The position numbers were made by a program, and so were the translations under genes. From contig CAWGMA010000001.1 of the NCBI GenBank assembly GCA_963823555.1, positions 544,001-608,000 on the forward strand: DNA of 64,000 nucleotides, in the 5' to 3' direction. Below are positions 36,029 through 46,305 of the stretch, in pieces. Below the pieces are notes generated by a model, which worked only from the letters and a program-made list of their open reading frames with translations, was not told the DNA's origin and searched no databases. The stretch comes from Candidatus Eiseniibacteriota bacterium (GTDB lineage Bacteria > Eisenbacteria > RBG-16-71-46 > CAVPCR01). Positions within the stretch are counted from its first letter, which is position 1. Each line of letters starts with the position of its first letter.

Positions 36029-39000
36029 ATGAAGAGAGCTTGGGTATCGTGGCTCGTGGCCTTGAGTATCGGGTTCCTGGCCACCGCCGCGTTCGCAGCG
36101 GATGCGCCGCTGGAGAGCGACGGCCAAACCGCCCTCTTGCCCTTGACGCCCGTGATCGGTGTCGATCCGACCAGCCTCGACTTCGGCAAGGTCTGCGTCG
36201 GCCAGGGCGCGGAATTGACCATCAACCTCTTCAACGACGTAGCCGATCCGACAAGCGTACTCACCATCTCCGGCCTGCAGATTGCTCCGGGGGATTACAG
36301 CCTCGTGAGCCCGCCGCCGCTCCCGCTCACCATCCCCGGTGACGGCACGCAGGTTCCGGTCACCATCCGTTTCGCGCCGGCGAACCCGGGCCCCGTCGCG
36401 GGCACGTTCATCATCACCGCCGACGCGCCCGTGCTGCCGCCGAACCCGCTCATCGTCGACCTCGCCGGCACGGGCAATCGGCCGCCGGTCTGCAATGCTG
36501 GGGGACCCTACAGCGGGACCACCGGCCAGCCAGTCTCATTCAACGGCAGCGGTTCGAGCGATCCCGACGGGGATCCGATCACGTACGCATGGAACTTCGG
36601 TGATGGCGCGACCGGCTCGGGCGCGACCCCGACGCATACCTACGCGGCGGGCGGGGTCTACACCGTGACCCTCATCGTGACCGACAACTGCGGTGAGAGC
36701 TCGACCTGCGAGACGACGGCGGACATCAACACGCCGCCAGTCTGCGATGCCGACGGTCCGTACTCCGGCAACGTCGGCCAGCCGGTCTCGTTCGATGGCA
36801 CGGGCTCGAGCGACCCCGACGGGACGATCGCGTCGTACGCATGGAACTTCGGTGACGGCGCGACCGGTTCGGGTGCGACCCCGACGCATACCTATGCGGC
36901 GGGCGGGGTCTACACCGTGACCCTCACCGTGACCGACAACGACGGCGCGAGCTCGACCTGCGAGACCACGGCGAACATCAACACGCCGCCGGTCTGCGAT
37001 GCGGGCGGTCCCTACACCGGCACCACCGGCCAGCCGGTCTCGTTCGATGGCACGGGCTCGAGCGATCCGGACGGCACGATCGTGTCGTACAGCTGGAACT
37101 TCGGCGACGGCGCGACCGGTTCGGGTGCCACCCCGACGCATACCTACGCGGCCGGCGGGGTCTACGCCGTGACCCTCACCGTCACGGACAACGACGGCGC
37201 GAGCTCGACCTGCGAGACCACGGCGGACATCAACACGCCGCCGGTCTGCGACGCGGGCGGTCCTTACTCGGGCACGGCGGGCCAGCCGGTTACGTTCGAT
37301 GGCACGGGCTCGAGCGACCCCGACGGCACGATCGCGTCGTACAGCTGGGACTTCGGTGACGGCGCGACCGGTTCGGGTGCGACCCCGACGCATACCTACG
37401 CGGCCGGCGGTATCTACGCCGTGACCCTCACCGTCACGGACAACGACGGCGCGAGCTCGACCTGCGAGACCACGGCGGACATCAACACGCCGCCGGTGTG
37501 CGACGCGGGCGGTCCTTACTCGGGCACGGCGGGCCAGCCGGTTACGTTCGATGGCACGGGCTCGAGCGACCCCGACGGCACGATCGCGTCGTACAGCTGG
37601 GACTTCGGTGACGGCGCGACCGGTTCGGGTGCGACCCCGACGCATACCTACGCGGCGGGCGGTACCTACACCGTGACCCTCACCGTCACGGACAACGACG
37701 GCGCGAGCTCGACCTGCGAGACCACGGCCAACATCAACGCGCTTCCCATCTGCGATGCGGGCGGTCCGTACTCCGGTCTCGTCGGCCAGCCGGTCTCGTT
37801 CGACGGCACGGGTTCGAGCGATCCGGACGGCACGATCGTGTCGTACAGCTGGGACTTCGGTGACGGCGCGACCGGTTCGGGTGCGACCCCGACGCATACC
37901 TACGCGGCGACCGGCGTCTTCACTGTCACCCTGTGCGTGGTGGACGACGACGGCGCCGAGAGCTGCTGCACGACCACGGTCTCGATCGGCGAGCAGAACC
38001 TCCCGCCGATCTGCGATGCCGGCGGTCCGTACACGGGCACCATCAACCTGCCGCTTTCGTTCGACGGCACGGGCTCGAGCGATCCCGACGGCACGATCGT
38101 CTCGTACGACTGGGACTTCGGAGATGGCTCGACCGGTTCGGGCGCAACCCCGACCCACACCTACGCGGCGACCGGCGTCTTCACTGTCACCCTGTGCGTG
38201 ACGGATGACGGCGGCGAGCAGAGCTGCTGCACGACGACGGCCGACATCCAGCCCGAGCCCAACGAGCCGCCGATCTGCGACGCGGGCGGTCCGTATTCGG
38301 GGCTTGTCGGCCAGCCGGTGTCGTTCGACGGCACGGGCTCGAGCGATCCCGACGGCACCATCGTCTCGTACGAGTGGGACTTCGGGGACGGCTCGACCGG
38401 CTCGGGCGCAACCCCGACGCATACCTATGCGGCGGCGGGCACGTACACGGTCACCCTCTGCGTGACCGATGACGACAACGCCCGGAGCTGCTGTACGACC
38501 ACGGCGACGATCGAGGCCGAGAACCTGCCGCCGGTCTGCGATGCCGGAGGGCCGTACTCGGGTGATGCCGGGGCCTCGATCCAGTTCGACGGTTCCGGTT
38601 CGAGCGATCCCGATGGCACCATCGTCTCGTACGCCTGGGACTTCGGGGACGGCGGCACGGGAACGGGTGCCACCCCGACCCATGTCTACGCAGCCCCGGG
38701 TACCTATACCGTCGTCCTCTGTGTGACGGATGATGACGGGGCCCAGAGCTGCTGCACGACCCTCGCCGATGTGTTCCCGCCGTCGGCGGTCGAGATCTCG
38801 ACCTTCACGGCGAATAGCGAGGACGGGGTTGTGGTTCTCACATGGCGGACTGCGTTCGAGCAGGACAACGCGGGCTTCCATGTCGAGCGCGCGGCGGTCG
38901 GCAGCGCCGACTTCGCCCAGGTCAACGAGACCATGATCACGGGTAACGGTGACACGCCGGGTCAGTACTCGTACACCGATCGCACCGCCGAGGGTGGTGC

Positions 39001-39370
39001 CACGTACGATTACCGGTTGGTCGCGATCGATCTCTATGGTGCACGCGATGTCTTCGGACCGATCCAGGTCCAGGTCACGCTCGCCGCGCCGAAGGAGCTC
39101 GCACTCGGCCAGAACCGGCCGAATCCGTTCAATCCGACGACGACGATCACCTTCGCCCTGCCCGAGGCGGAGCGGGTGGCGCTGCGGATCTACGATGCGC
39201 AGGGTCAGCTGGTGCGTACCCTCGTCAACGGCGAGATGTCAGCCAGCGAGCATGCGGTGGAGTGGGATGGCAAGGACGACCGGGGCACCCAGGTCGGATC
39301 GGGCATCTACATCTACCGTCTCGAGCTGGGGTCGACGGTGCTCCAGAACAAGATGGTCCTGATGAAGTAG
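36029..39370 (+). CDS. Secreted protein with N-terminal Ig-like domain, 9 PKD repeats and C-terminal FlgD-Ig domain
   Basis: Signal peptide; 9x [C.AGGPY...F.G.GSSDPDG.I.SY.WDFGDG]; C-terminal QN.PNPFNPTT.I.F...WDGKDD.G..V.SGIY. Confidence 0.93.
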   Translation: MKRAWVSWLVALSIGFLATAAFAADAPLESDGQTALLPLTPVIGVDPTSLDFGKVCVGQGAELTINLFNDVADPTSVLTISGLQIAPGDYSLVSPPPLPLTIPGDGTQVPVTIRFAPANPGPVAGTFIITADAPVLPPNPLIVDLAGTGNRPPVCNAGGPYSGTTGQPVSFNGSGSSDPDGDPITYAWNFGDGATGSGATPTHTYAAGGVYTVTLIVTDNCGESSTCETTADINTPPVCDADGPYSGNVGQPVSFDGTGSSDPDGTIASYAWNFGDGATGSGATPTHTYAAGGVYTVTLTVTDNDGASSTCETTANINTPPVCDAGGPYTGTTGQPVSFDGTGSSDPDGTIVSYSWNFGDGATGSGATPTHTYAAGGVYAVTLTVTDNDGASSTCETTADINTPPVCDAGGPYSGTAGQPVTFDGTGSSDPDGTIASYSWDFGDGATGSGATPTHTYAAGGIYAVTLTVTDNDGASSTCETTADINTPPVCDAGGPYSGTAGQPVTFDGTGSSDPDGTIASYSWDFGDGATGSGATPTHTYAAGGTYTVTLTVTDNDGASSTCETTANINALPICDAGGPYSGLVGQPVSFDGTGSSDPDGTIVSYSWDFGDGATGSGATPTHTYAATGVFTVTLCVVDDDGAESCCTTTVSIGEQNLPPICDAGGPYTGTINLPLSFDGTGSSDPDGTIVSYDWDFGDGSTGSGATPTHTYAATGVFTVTLCVTDDGGEQSCCTTTADIQPEPNEPPICDAGGPYSGLVGQPVSFDGTGSSDPDGTIVSYEWDFGDGSTGSGATPTHTYAAAGTYTVTLCVTDDDNARSCCTTTATIEAENLPPVCDAGGPYSGDAGASIQFDGSGSSDPDGTIVSYAWDFGDGGTGTGATPTHVYAAPGTYTVVLCVTDDDGAQSCCTTLADVFPPSAVEISTFTANSEDGVVVLTWRTAFEQDNAGFHVERAAVGSADFAQVNETMITGNGDTPGQYSYTDRTAEGGATYDYRLVAIDLYGARDVFGPIQVQVTLAAPKELALGQNRPNPFNPTTTITFALPEAERVALRIYDAQGQLVRTLVNGEMSASEHAVEWDGKDDRGTQVGSGIYIYRLELGSTVLQNKMVLMK
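36476..38775 (+). repeat. Intragenic tandem repeat of PKD units (252-bp period for the first six)
   Basis: Equivalent TGC codons at 36491, 36743 and 36995; units 4 and 5 are nearly identical at DNA level. Confidence 0.9.
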
Positions 39371-39410
39371 TGAGGACCTGACGCATTCCCGCGCCAGAGA
39401 GCTGCGGGTG

Positions 39411-39449
39411 AACGGGGGGCGGCTGCCGAGAGGCAGCCGCCCCCTTGTT
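39411..39449 (+). terminator. Intrinsic terminator after the PKD gene
   Basis: GGGGGCGGCTGCC-GAGA-GGCAGCCGCCCCC followed by TTGTT. Confidence 0.8.
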
Positions 39450-39602
39450 GTGCGCGCCGGAGAGGGCCGAGCTTTCCTTCCGCATCGCCTCCCGGGAGCG
39501 TAGAATCCCCGATCCGCGCCGCCTGCGGCCCCGGGGCGGGAGCGAGCATGGCCCGGGCGCGAGACATGGCCGGCGGGATCAGCGCGAGGAGGGCAAGAAC
39601 CG

Positions 39603-40757
39603 ATGAAGGTGGGACTGGTGGGGGCAGGTCTGCAGGGCACGGCCATCGCCTGGGATCTGGCGCAGCAAGAGGACGTCGAGAAGATCATCATCACCGATCT
39701 CGATGGTGCACGGGCGCACCGCGTGGCCGAGCTCGATCCTGGACGGCGCACCGAGGCGCGGGTGCTCGATGCCGCCAAGACCGCGGGCGTGGCCACCCTG
39801 GCCGAGGAGGTGGATGTCCTGGTCTCGGCCACTTACTATGGATTCAACCTGGAGCTTGGCCGAGCCGCCATCGCCGGCGGCGCGCACTTCTGTGATCTCG
39901 GCGGCAACAATGAGGTCGTCGACCGCGAACTCGCTCTCGACCGCGAAGCTCGGGCGGCCGGGGTCACCATCATTCCCGACTGCGGACTCGCTCCAGGGAT
40001 GGCGACCGTTCTCGGAGCGCTCGCGGTCGAGCGCCATCCTGCGCCCGAATCGCTCCACATCCGGGTCGGCGGACTCCCGCTGCGACCCAAGCCGCCGCTC
40101 GATTACAAGCTGGTCTTTGCCCCCGAAGGACTCATCAACGAGTACGTGGAGCCGGCTCGCGTACTGCGTGACGGGAGGATCGTCGAGGTCGAATCCCTGA
40201 GCGGGGTCGAGCGGGTGACCTTCCCCGGCTTCGGACCGCTCGAGGCCTTTCATACCTCGGGTGGATCCTCGACCCTGCCGAGCACGCTCGGGAGCAAGCT
40301 GCGCACGATCGAGTACAAGACCATCCGTTACCCCGGGCATTGCGAGCGGATGCGCTTTCTGCGGGACCTCGGGTTGATGGCCTCGACGCCCATCCATTCC
40401 TGGGAGCGCGGTCTCGCGGTCTCGCCGCGCGAGGTGCTCGAGGCGGTGCTGGCCGATCGCCTCCAGGATCCGGGGGAAGACGTCGTGCTGATGCGGATCG
40501 AAGCGGCAGGCCGGAGCGGCGGGCGCCTCTTGCGCCACGTCTTCGAGATGGTCGACCATGCCCATGCCGGAACCGGGCACACGGCCATGATGCGCACCAC
40601 CGGCTATCCGGCCGCGATCGTCGCCGAGATGCTCGGGCGGGGCGATATCGCGGTTCGCGGTGCCGTGCCCCAGGAAGAGGCGGTGCCGGGCGAGCTGTTC
40701 CTCGCCGCGCTCAAGGCGCGTGGCTTCGCCATCATCGAGCGAGAGGAGGTCGAGTGA
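39603..40757 (+). CDS. Saccharopine dehydrogenase family / lysine 6-dehydrogenase-like
   Basis: GAGLQG, DLGGN, DCGLAPG, VGGLP, GLINEY, EYKTIRYPGH, AMMRTTG. Confidence 0.9.
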   Translation: MKVGLVGAGLQGTAIAWDLAQQEDVEKIIITDLDGARAHRVAELDPGRRTEARVLDAAKTAGVATLAEEVDVLVSATYYGFNLELGRAAIAGGAHFCDLGGNNEVVDRELALDREARAAGVTIIPDCGLAPGMATVLGALAVERHPAPESLHIRVGGLPLRPKPPLDYKLVFAPEGLINEYVEPARVLRDGRIVEVESLSGVERVTFPGFGPLEAFHTSGGSSTLPSTLGSKLRTIEYKTIRYPGHCERMRFLRDLGLMASTPIHSWERGLAVSPREVLEAVLADRLQDPGEDVVLMRIEAAGRSGGRLLRHVFEMVDHAHAGTGHTAMMRTTGYPAAIVAEMLGRGDIAVRGAVPQEEAVPGELFLAALKARGFAIIEREEVE

Positions 40758-42715
40758 TGCGATCGGTGCCGGCCTGGATCCTGATCCTCACCCTGGTCCA
40801 GATCACGTCGGCGGGGGAAGTCCCCGCGGCCGGGGAGGCACCGGCCGCCGCGCTGCCCCCGATCGAACGCTTCCTCGAGATCCGGGGGCAAGCCGGCGGA
40901 GCCATCTCGCCGGACGGGGGCACGATCGCCTATCTCGATCGCGTGACCGGGGTGGCCGAGGCCTGGATGGTCCCGGCCACGGGCGGGTGGCCGGAGCAGC
41001 TCACCTTTTTCGGCGAGCGCGTGGCCTCGATCTCGTGGTCTCCCCATGACCGCCGGCATGTCGTCGTCGAGCGCGATCTGGCGGGCACCGAGCGCCGGCA
41101 GCTGTTCCTCATCGATCCCCAGGGCGGGATGCCGGTGCGCCTGACACATGACGATGGCAGCGTCTACGGTGTCGGCGGCTTCTCGCCCGACGGCCACACC
41201 ATGGCGCTTCGCACCAATCAACGCGATCCGGCCCATTTCGATGTGCATCTCCTCGACCTCGTGACGAGAGCATCGCGCCCCCTGGTCGAGCGGGACCAGT
41301 TCCTCTTTCCCGGGCGATTCTCTCCCGATGGCACAAAGCTCCTCGTCACGCGTGCCATCGGCCCGGATCAGAACCAGCTTCTCCTCGTCGATGTGGCGAC
41401 CGGGGAGGTGACCGCGCTCACGGCCGAGTCCCCGCCGGCCCGTCATTCGGCGCCGCACTGGGCGGCCGACGGGAAGTCGGTTCTGCTGCTCAGCGATCGG
41501 GGTCGGGACAACATGACGCTGGCCCGGCTCGACATCGCCACGCATGAGCTGCGTTTCTTGCGCCAGGATCGCATGGATGCGGAGACCATCGCCGTCTCGG
41601 CGAACGGGCGCTACCTCGCCCTCGTCCTCAACGTCAATGGTCTCTCCGAGGTGGTCCTGCTCGATCTCGGCCGGGGCGAGGCGCCGGTGCTCGAGTCGTC
41701 GCCGGACCTCCCGGTCGGAGTGATCCTCGGTCTCGACTGGACGCCTGACGGCTCCCGCCTGGCGGTGACGATGGCGACGAGCCGCAGTCCGGGCACCGTC
41801 TACGTCTATGACCGCGTGCGACGAGTGCTCACCCAGGTGACGCGGCCGGCCCTGGCCGGTGTCCAGCAGGAGATGATGGTCGACCCCACGGTCGTCAGCT
41901 ACCCCTCCTTCGACGGCCGCACGATCACCGGGCTTCTCTACCGCCCGCGCGAGCCGGCCTCGAACCCGCCACCCTGTGTCGTCCTCGCTCACGGCGGTCC
42001 GACCTCGCAGTCACGACCAGGGTTCAGCGCCATGACGCAGTATTTCACGAGCCGCGGGTGTGTTGTTTTCAAGCCGAACGTGCGCGGCTCGAGCGGATAC
42101 GGACGTGCGTTTCGTGCTCTCGACGATCGGGACAAGCGGGAGGACTCGGTCGCCGATCTGGAGCGCGGCGTGGTTCATCTGGCGCGCGCGGGGGAGATCG
42201 ATTCGACGCGGGTCGGAGTCTACGGTGCGAGCTACGGCGGATACGTGGTGCTGGCCGCGCTCACGCTCTATCCCCAGCGCTTCGCCTGCGGCGTCGATCA
42301 GGTCGGGATCGCCAACTTCGTGACCTTTCTCGAGAACACGGCTTCCTATCGCCGGCCGCACCGCGAGCTCGAGTACGGTTCGCTCGAGACCGACCGGGAG
42401 CTGCTCGAACGGCTGTCTCCGCTCGGACGTGTCGATCGGATCCGGGCTCCGCTCCTCGTCATCCATGGGGCGAACGACCCGCGCGTCCCGGTCGGCGAGG
42501 CCGAGCAGATCGTCGCGGCGCTGAAGGCGCGGGGACTGGCCGTCGAGTTCCTTCGCTTCGAGGATGAGGGCCATGGGGTGGCACGGCGCGAGAACCGGAT
42601 CCGGGCCTACGGTACGGTCGCCCGCTTCCTCTGCGCTCACCTGGGGCTTCCCGTCGACCCGCCGGCCGAGGCGCCCCCGAGCAAGAAGGATGAGGGGAGC
42701 GAAGGCGAGGAATGA
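40757..42715 (+). CDS. S9 family (prolyl oligopeptidase-like) peptidase with beta-propeller
   Basis: Signal peptide, SPDG repeats, HGGP, GASYGG, HGANDPRV, DEGHG. Confidence 0.92.
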   Translation: MRSVPAWILILTLVQITSAGEVPAAGEAPAAALPPIERFLEIRGQAGGAISPDGGTIAYLDRVTGVAEAWMVPATGGWPEQLTFFGERVASISWSPHDRRHVVVERDLAGTERRQLFLIDPQGGMPVRLTHDDGSVYGVGGFSPDGHTMALRTNQRDPAHFDVHLLDLVTRASRPLVERDQFLFPGRFSPDGTKLLVTRAIGPDQNQLLLVDVATGEVTALTAESPPARHSAPHWAADGKSVLLLSDRGRDNMTLARLDIATHELRFLRQDRMDAETIAVSANGRYLALVLNVNGLSEVVLLDLGRGEAPVLESSPDLPVGVILGLDWTPDGSRLAVTMATSRSPGTVYVYDRVRRVLTQVTRPALAGVQQEMMVDPTVVSYPSFDGRTITGLLYRPREPASNPPPCVVLAHGGPTSQSRPGFSAMTQYFTSRGCVVFKPNVRGSSGYGRAFRALDDRDKREDSVADLERGVVHLARAGEIDSTRVGVYGASYGGYVVLAALTLYPQRFACGVDQVGIANFVTFLENTASYRRPHRELEYGSLETDRELLERLSPLGRVDRIRAPLLVIHGANDPRVPVGEAEQIVAALKARGLAVEFLRFEDEGHGVARRENRIRAYGTVARFLCAHLGLPVDPPAEAPPSKKDEGSEGEE

Positions 42716-43458
42716 GGGCGAGGGGAAGGACAGCGCTCGTCACCGGTTCGACGCGGGGCATCGGGCGGGCCATCGCGGTCCGTCTGGCCAGCGATGGCTA
42801 TCGCGTCGTCGTGCACGGCCGGGACGGCGGGACGCCCACGCCCGATGTCCTCAGCTCCCTCTCCGGGAGCGGGCACGCCTTCGTGGCCGCCGACCTCGCT
42901 GCCGAGGATGCGCCGGAGCGTCTGTTCACCGCGGCCCTCGCTGCCGTCGGGCAACTCGATCTCCTGGTCAATAACGCAGGTATTTACGAAGAAGCGCCAT
43001 TTACCGCCGAGAGCCTCGAGACCTGGCGCCGGGCCTGGCGCCGGACGCTCCGGGTCAATCTCGATGCCGCCGCCGACCTCGCCTTCCTGGCCGCCGCCCA
43101 CATGCGCGGGCGCGGCGGGAAGATCGTCCAGATCGCGTCACGCGCCGCATTCCGGGGCGAGACCACATTCCCTGCCTACGGCGTGTCCAAGGCGGGAATG
43201 GTGAACCTCACCGTGTGCCTGGCGCGAGCGCTGGCCGGAGAGCGGATCTACGCCTACACCGTGGCTCCCGGCTGGACCGATACCGACATGGCCCGGGCGA
43301 GCATGACCGATGAAGCCGAGGTCATGAACCAGATCCCCTTCGGCCGGATGGCGACGCCGGAGGAAGTGGCCTCGGTGGTGGCCTTCCTGGCGCGGGATGA
43401 GGCCGACTACCTGACCGGCATCACGATCGATGTCAACGGGGCCTCCTACTTTCGCTAG
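42712..43458 (+). CDS. SDR family oxidoreductase
   Basis: TGSTRGIG, NNAG, YGVSK, PGWTDT, VNGA. Confidence 0.92.
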   Translation: MRARGRTALVTGSTRGIGRAIAVRLASDGYRVVVHGRDGGTPTPDVLSSLSGSGHAFVAADLAAEDAPERLFTAALAAVGQLDLLVNNAGIYEEAPFTAESLETWRRAWRRTLRVNLDAAADLAFLAAAHMRGRGGKIVQIASRAAFRGETTFPAYGVSKAGMVNLTVCLARALAGERIYAYTVAPGWTDTDMARASMTDEAEVMNQIPFGRMATPEEVASVVAFLARDEADYLTGITIDVNGASYFR

Positions 43459-43607
43459 GCCCATGTGCGCATCGCGCAGTACGCGGAGGGGATTGACAGT
43501 CGGAACCACGTCCGGCATGGTCCCCTGCTCATCGGTCGCGCCCGGCCCAGACCCCGCGGTCCAATTCGAGGATCCGTGATGATGTCCACCTCTGCTTCCC
43601 CGACACG

Positions 43608-43862
43608 ATGACGGTGCGTACGATGCTCCGCGAGGGAGGCTATGACGGCGTCCTCATCAGCTTGGAGACCGACAAGCGGACGGAGTCCTGCTACGTCCCG
43701 GGCTCGACGAATCTGGTCCAGACCAGCGGCTGGTGGGATTACTACGGGCGCTATCGAACGACCTACGAGGAGGTCTCGACCCCGGGCTGCACCGAGACGA
43801 CGACGATCCGGGATCTCCGCACCGATATCTGGGCGGCGGCCCGTGCCAAGAGAGTCTTCTGA
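43608..43862 (+). pseudogene. Fragment resembling the middle of a DUF4136-like lipoprotein
   Basis: GYDGVLI....YVPG...WWDYYG.Y...Y..V.TPG pattern; lacks N-terminal signal and C-terminus. Confidence 0.4.
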
Positions 43863-43912
43863 GTCCGCCGTTGGCACCTGTGTCGGAATGCTCCGCGGAA
43901 GATCGCCGCCGA

Positions 43913-44974
43913 ATGCGGCGATCGCTCTTGCGGTGGTATGCCCGTGCCGCGCGCGATCTGCCGTGGCGCCGCGAGTCGGATCCCTACCGGATCTGGGTCG
44001 CAGAGATCATGTTGCAGCAAACCCAGGTGGCGACGGTCGTGCCCTTCTACGAGCGGTTTCTCGCCCGCTTCCCAGAGCTCGAGGACCTGGCGTCGGCGGC
44101 CGAGGATGACGTTCTCGCGGCCTGGCAGGGGCTCGGCTACTATCGGCGGGCACGGCAGCTCAAGGCGGCCGCAGAGCTGGTCGTGGCACGCCATGGGGGA
44201 CGGTTTCCCGACGATCTCGATGCGGCCATGGCATTGCCCGGGGTCGGGGCCTACACCGCCGGCGCCGTGCTCTCGATCGCCTACGATCGGCCGCTCCCTG
44301 CCGTGGACGGAAATGCGGACCGAGTCCTGGCGCGGCTCCTGGGCGAGGATCGTCCCCTCGCGATGGCGACGGTCCGTTCGCGTCTCCGCGCCGCCGCCAT
44401 CGCGCTGGTCCCGGAGCAGGGCGCGGGCGACTGGACTCAGGCCCTGATGGAACTCGGAGCGCTCGTCTGCACGCCGTCCCGCCCGGTTTGCCCATCCTGC
44501 CCGGTCGCCGATTTCTGTGTCGCTCGAGCCCTGGGCCGCGTCGATGAAATCCCCGCGCCGAAGCGCAGGAAGTCCCCGCCGCGAGTCGAGGTGGCGGTGG
44601 CGATCGCGGTGAGCCGAGATGATCGCCTGGTCTACGTGCGACGCCCGAAGCGCGGCGTCCTGGCCGGGTTCCTCGAGTTCCCCAGCGCCGACGTGCCCCC
44701 GGGCGCCGATCCCCGTGCCACGCTGGCCCACGCCATCGCCGAGCACGGGGCCACCAGGATCGAGGTAGGGGAGATCCTGGCCCGGGCCGAGCACGTCATG
44801 TTCCATCGCCGGGCCCGCCTCACCGCGTACCGGGTGCGCGCGCGCTGGGTCCTCGATGGGCGAATCCTGGCCTTGACCCGATCGGCGGCCGCGGCGGCGC
44901 CGGTGACGACGGCCAGCCGCAAGCTACTGGCCCTCATCCCTCGCGGGCGCAAGGATCAGAGGGGGAGTCGGTGA
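43913..44974 (+). CDS. mutY: A/G-specific adenine glycosylase
   Basis: RDLPWR, EIMLQQTQV, W.GLGYY.RA, LPGVG.YTAGA, VDGN, Fe-S CTPSRPVCPSCPVADFC. The start is uncertain. Confidence 0.93.
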   Translation: MRRSLLRWYARAARDLPWRRESDPYRIWVAEIMLQQTQVATVVPFYERFLARFPELEDLASAAEDDVLAAWQGLGYYRRARQLKAAAELVVARHGGRFPDDLDAAMALPGVGAYTAGAVLSIAYDRPLPAVDGNADRVLARLLGEDRPLAMATVRSRLRAAAIALVPEQGAGDWTQALMELGALVCTPSRPVCPSCPVADFCVARALGRVDEIPAPKRRKSPPRVEVAVAIAVSRDDRLVYVRRPKRGVLAGFLEFPSADVPPGADPRATLAHAIAEHGATRIEVGEILARAEHVMFHRRARLTAYRVRARWVLDGRILALTRSAAAAAPVTTASRKLLALIPRGRKDQRGSR

Positions 44975-46305
44975 TGGGTGACATCGACAGGGAAGAGAGA
45001 GCCGCGCACCGCGTCGTCATTCTCGGCGGCGGTTTCGGTGGCCTGGCCGCAGCCCAGGCGCTGGCTCGCTCGGCGGTCGCGGTGACGCTGGTTGATCGGC
45101 GAAACTTCCACCTCTTCCAGCCTCTGCTCTACCAGGTGGCGACCGGCGCGCTGTCGCCAGGGGATATCGCCACTCCGCTGCGCGCGCTCCTTCGCCACCA
45201 GCGGAACGCCCGAGTCCTGCTCGCCGAAGCTGTCGATCTCGATGCCAGCGGCTGTCGGGTCCTCTTCTCCGATGGCGAGATCGGATACGACTCCCTCATC
45301 GTCGCCTGCGGGTCTCACCACCACTACTTCGGACACGCCGAGTGGGAGAAGCTCGCGCCGGGACTCAAGACCATCGAGGACGCAACCGAGATCCGCCGCC
45401 GCTTGCTCCTCGCGTTCGAGGCCGCCGAGCGGGAGCCGGACCCGGCACGGCGTGCCGAGTGGCTCACCTTCGTCATCGTCGGCGGCGGGCCGACGGGCGT
45501 CGAACTGGCGGGAGCACTCGCCGAGATCGCCCAGCACACGCTGCGCGAGGAGTTTCGCCGCAGCGATCCCCGAGCGGCCCGCATCCTGCTCGTCGAAGGG
45601 GACGACCGCCTGTTGCCGTCCTACCCGGCTGAGCTCTCCGGTCAAGCCGAGGCATCGCTCGCGCGGCTGGGAGTCGAGGTGCGCAGGCAGACGCTGGTAA
45701 CGGGGGTCGACCCGGCGCAGGTGGTGCTCAAGCGCGGGGAGGAGCATGAGGTCATCAGGGCTCGCACCGTGCTGTGGGGAGCCGGCGTGGCGGCCTCGGG
45801 ATTTGGGCGGGTGCTCGCCGAGCGAGCCGCGGCCGCTCTTGATCGCGGCGGTCGCGTTGTCGTCGGGCCGGATCTCACGGTGCCGGGGCATCCCGAGATC
45901 TTCGTTATCGGCGACCTGGCGAGCGCCGCCCCCGAGGGTGGGAATCCACTGCCGGGTGTCGCGCAGGTGGCCATCCAGGAGGGCCGGTACGTGGCCGAGG
46001 TGGTGCATGCCCGCGTGGGTGAGGCGCCGGCGCCGGCGCCTTTCCGCTACCGCGATCGCGGTAACATGGCGGTGATCGGGCGCGGTGCCGGGGTTGCCGA
46101 ACTGGGCCGCGTTCGCCTGCATGGATGGCTGGCCTGGCTGGCCTGGCTCTTCGTTCATCTCATGGCGCTTGTCGATTTCGAGAACCGGCTCCTGGTCTTC
46201 ATCCAGTGGGCCTGGAACTACTTCACCTGGAACCGCGGTGCCCGTCTGATCACGGGTGAAAGCCCCTTCCCGCTGCGGCAGAAGGGCGATGGAGGAAGCG
46301 ACTGA
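44974..46305 (+). CDS. ndh: Type II NADH:quinone oxidoreductase
   Basis: GGGFGG, HLFQPLLYQVATG, GGGPTGVELAG, IGD, AQVAIQEG. Confidence 0.92.
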   Translation: MGDIDREERAAHRVVILGGGFGGLAAAQALARSAVAVTLVDRRNFHLFQPLLYQVATGALSPGDIATPLRALLRHQRNARVLLAEAVDLDASGCRVLFSDGEIGYDSLIVACGSHHHYFGHAEWEKLAPGLKTIEDATEIRRRLLLAFEAAEREPDPARRAEWLTFVIVGGGPTGVELAGALAEIAQHTLREEFRRSDPRAARILLVEGDDRLLPSYPAELSGQAEASLARLGVEVRRQTLVTGVDPAQVVLKRGEEHEVIRARTVLWGAGVAASGFGRVLAERAAAALDRGGRVVVGPDLTVPGHPEIFVIGDLASAAPEGGNPLPGVAQVAIQEGRYVAEVVHARVGEAPAPAPFRYRDRGNMAVIGRGAGVAELGRVRLHGWLAWLAWLFVHLMALVDFENRLLVFIQWAWNYFTWNRGARLITGESPFPLRQKGDGGSD

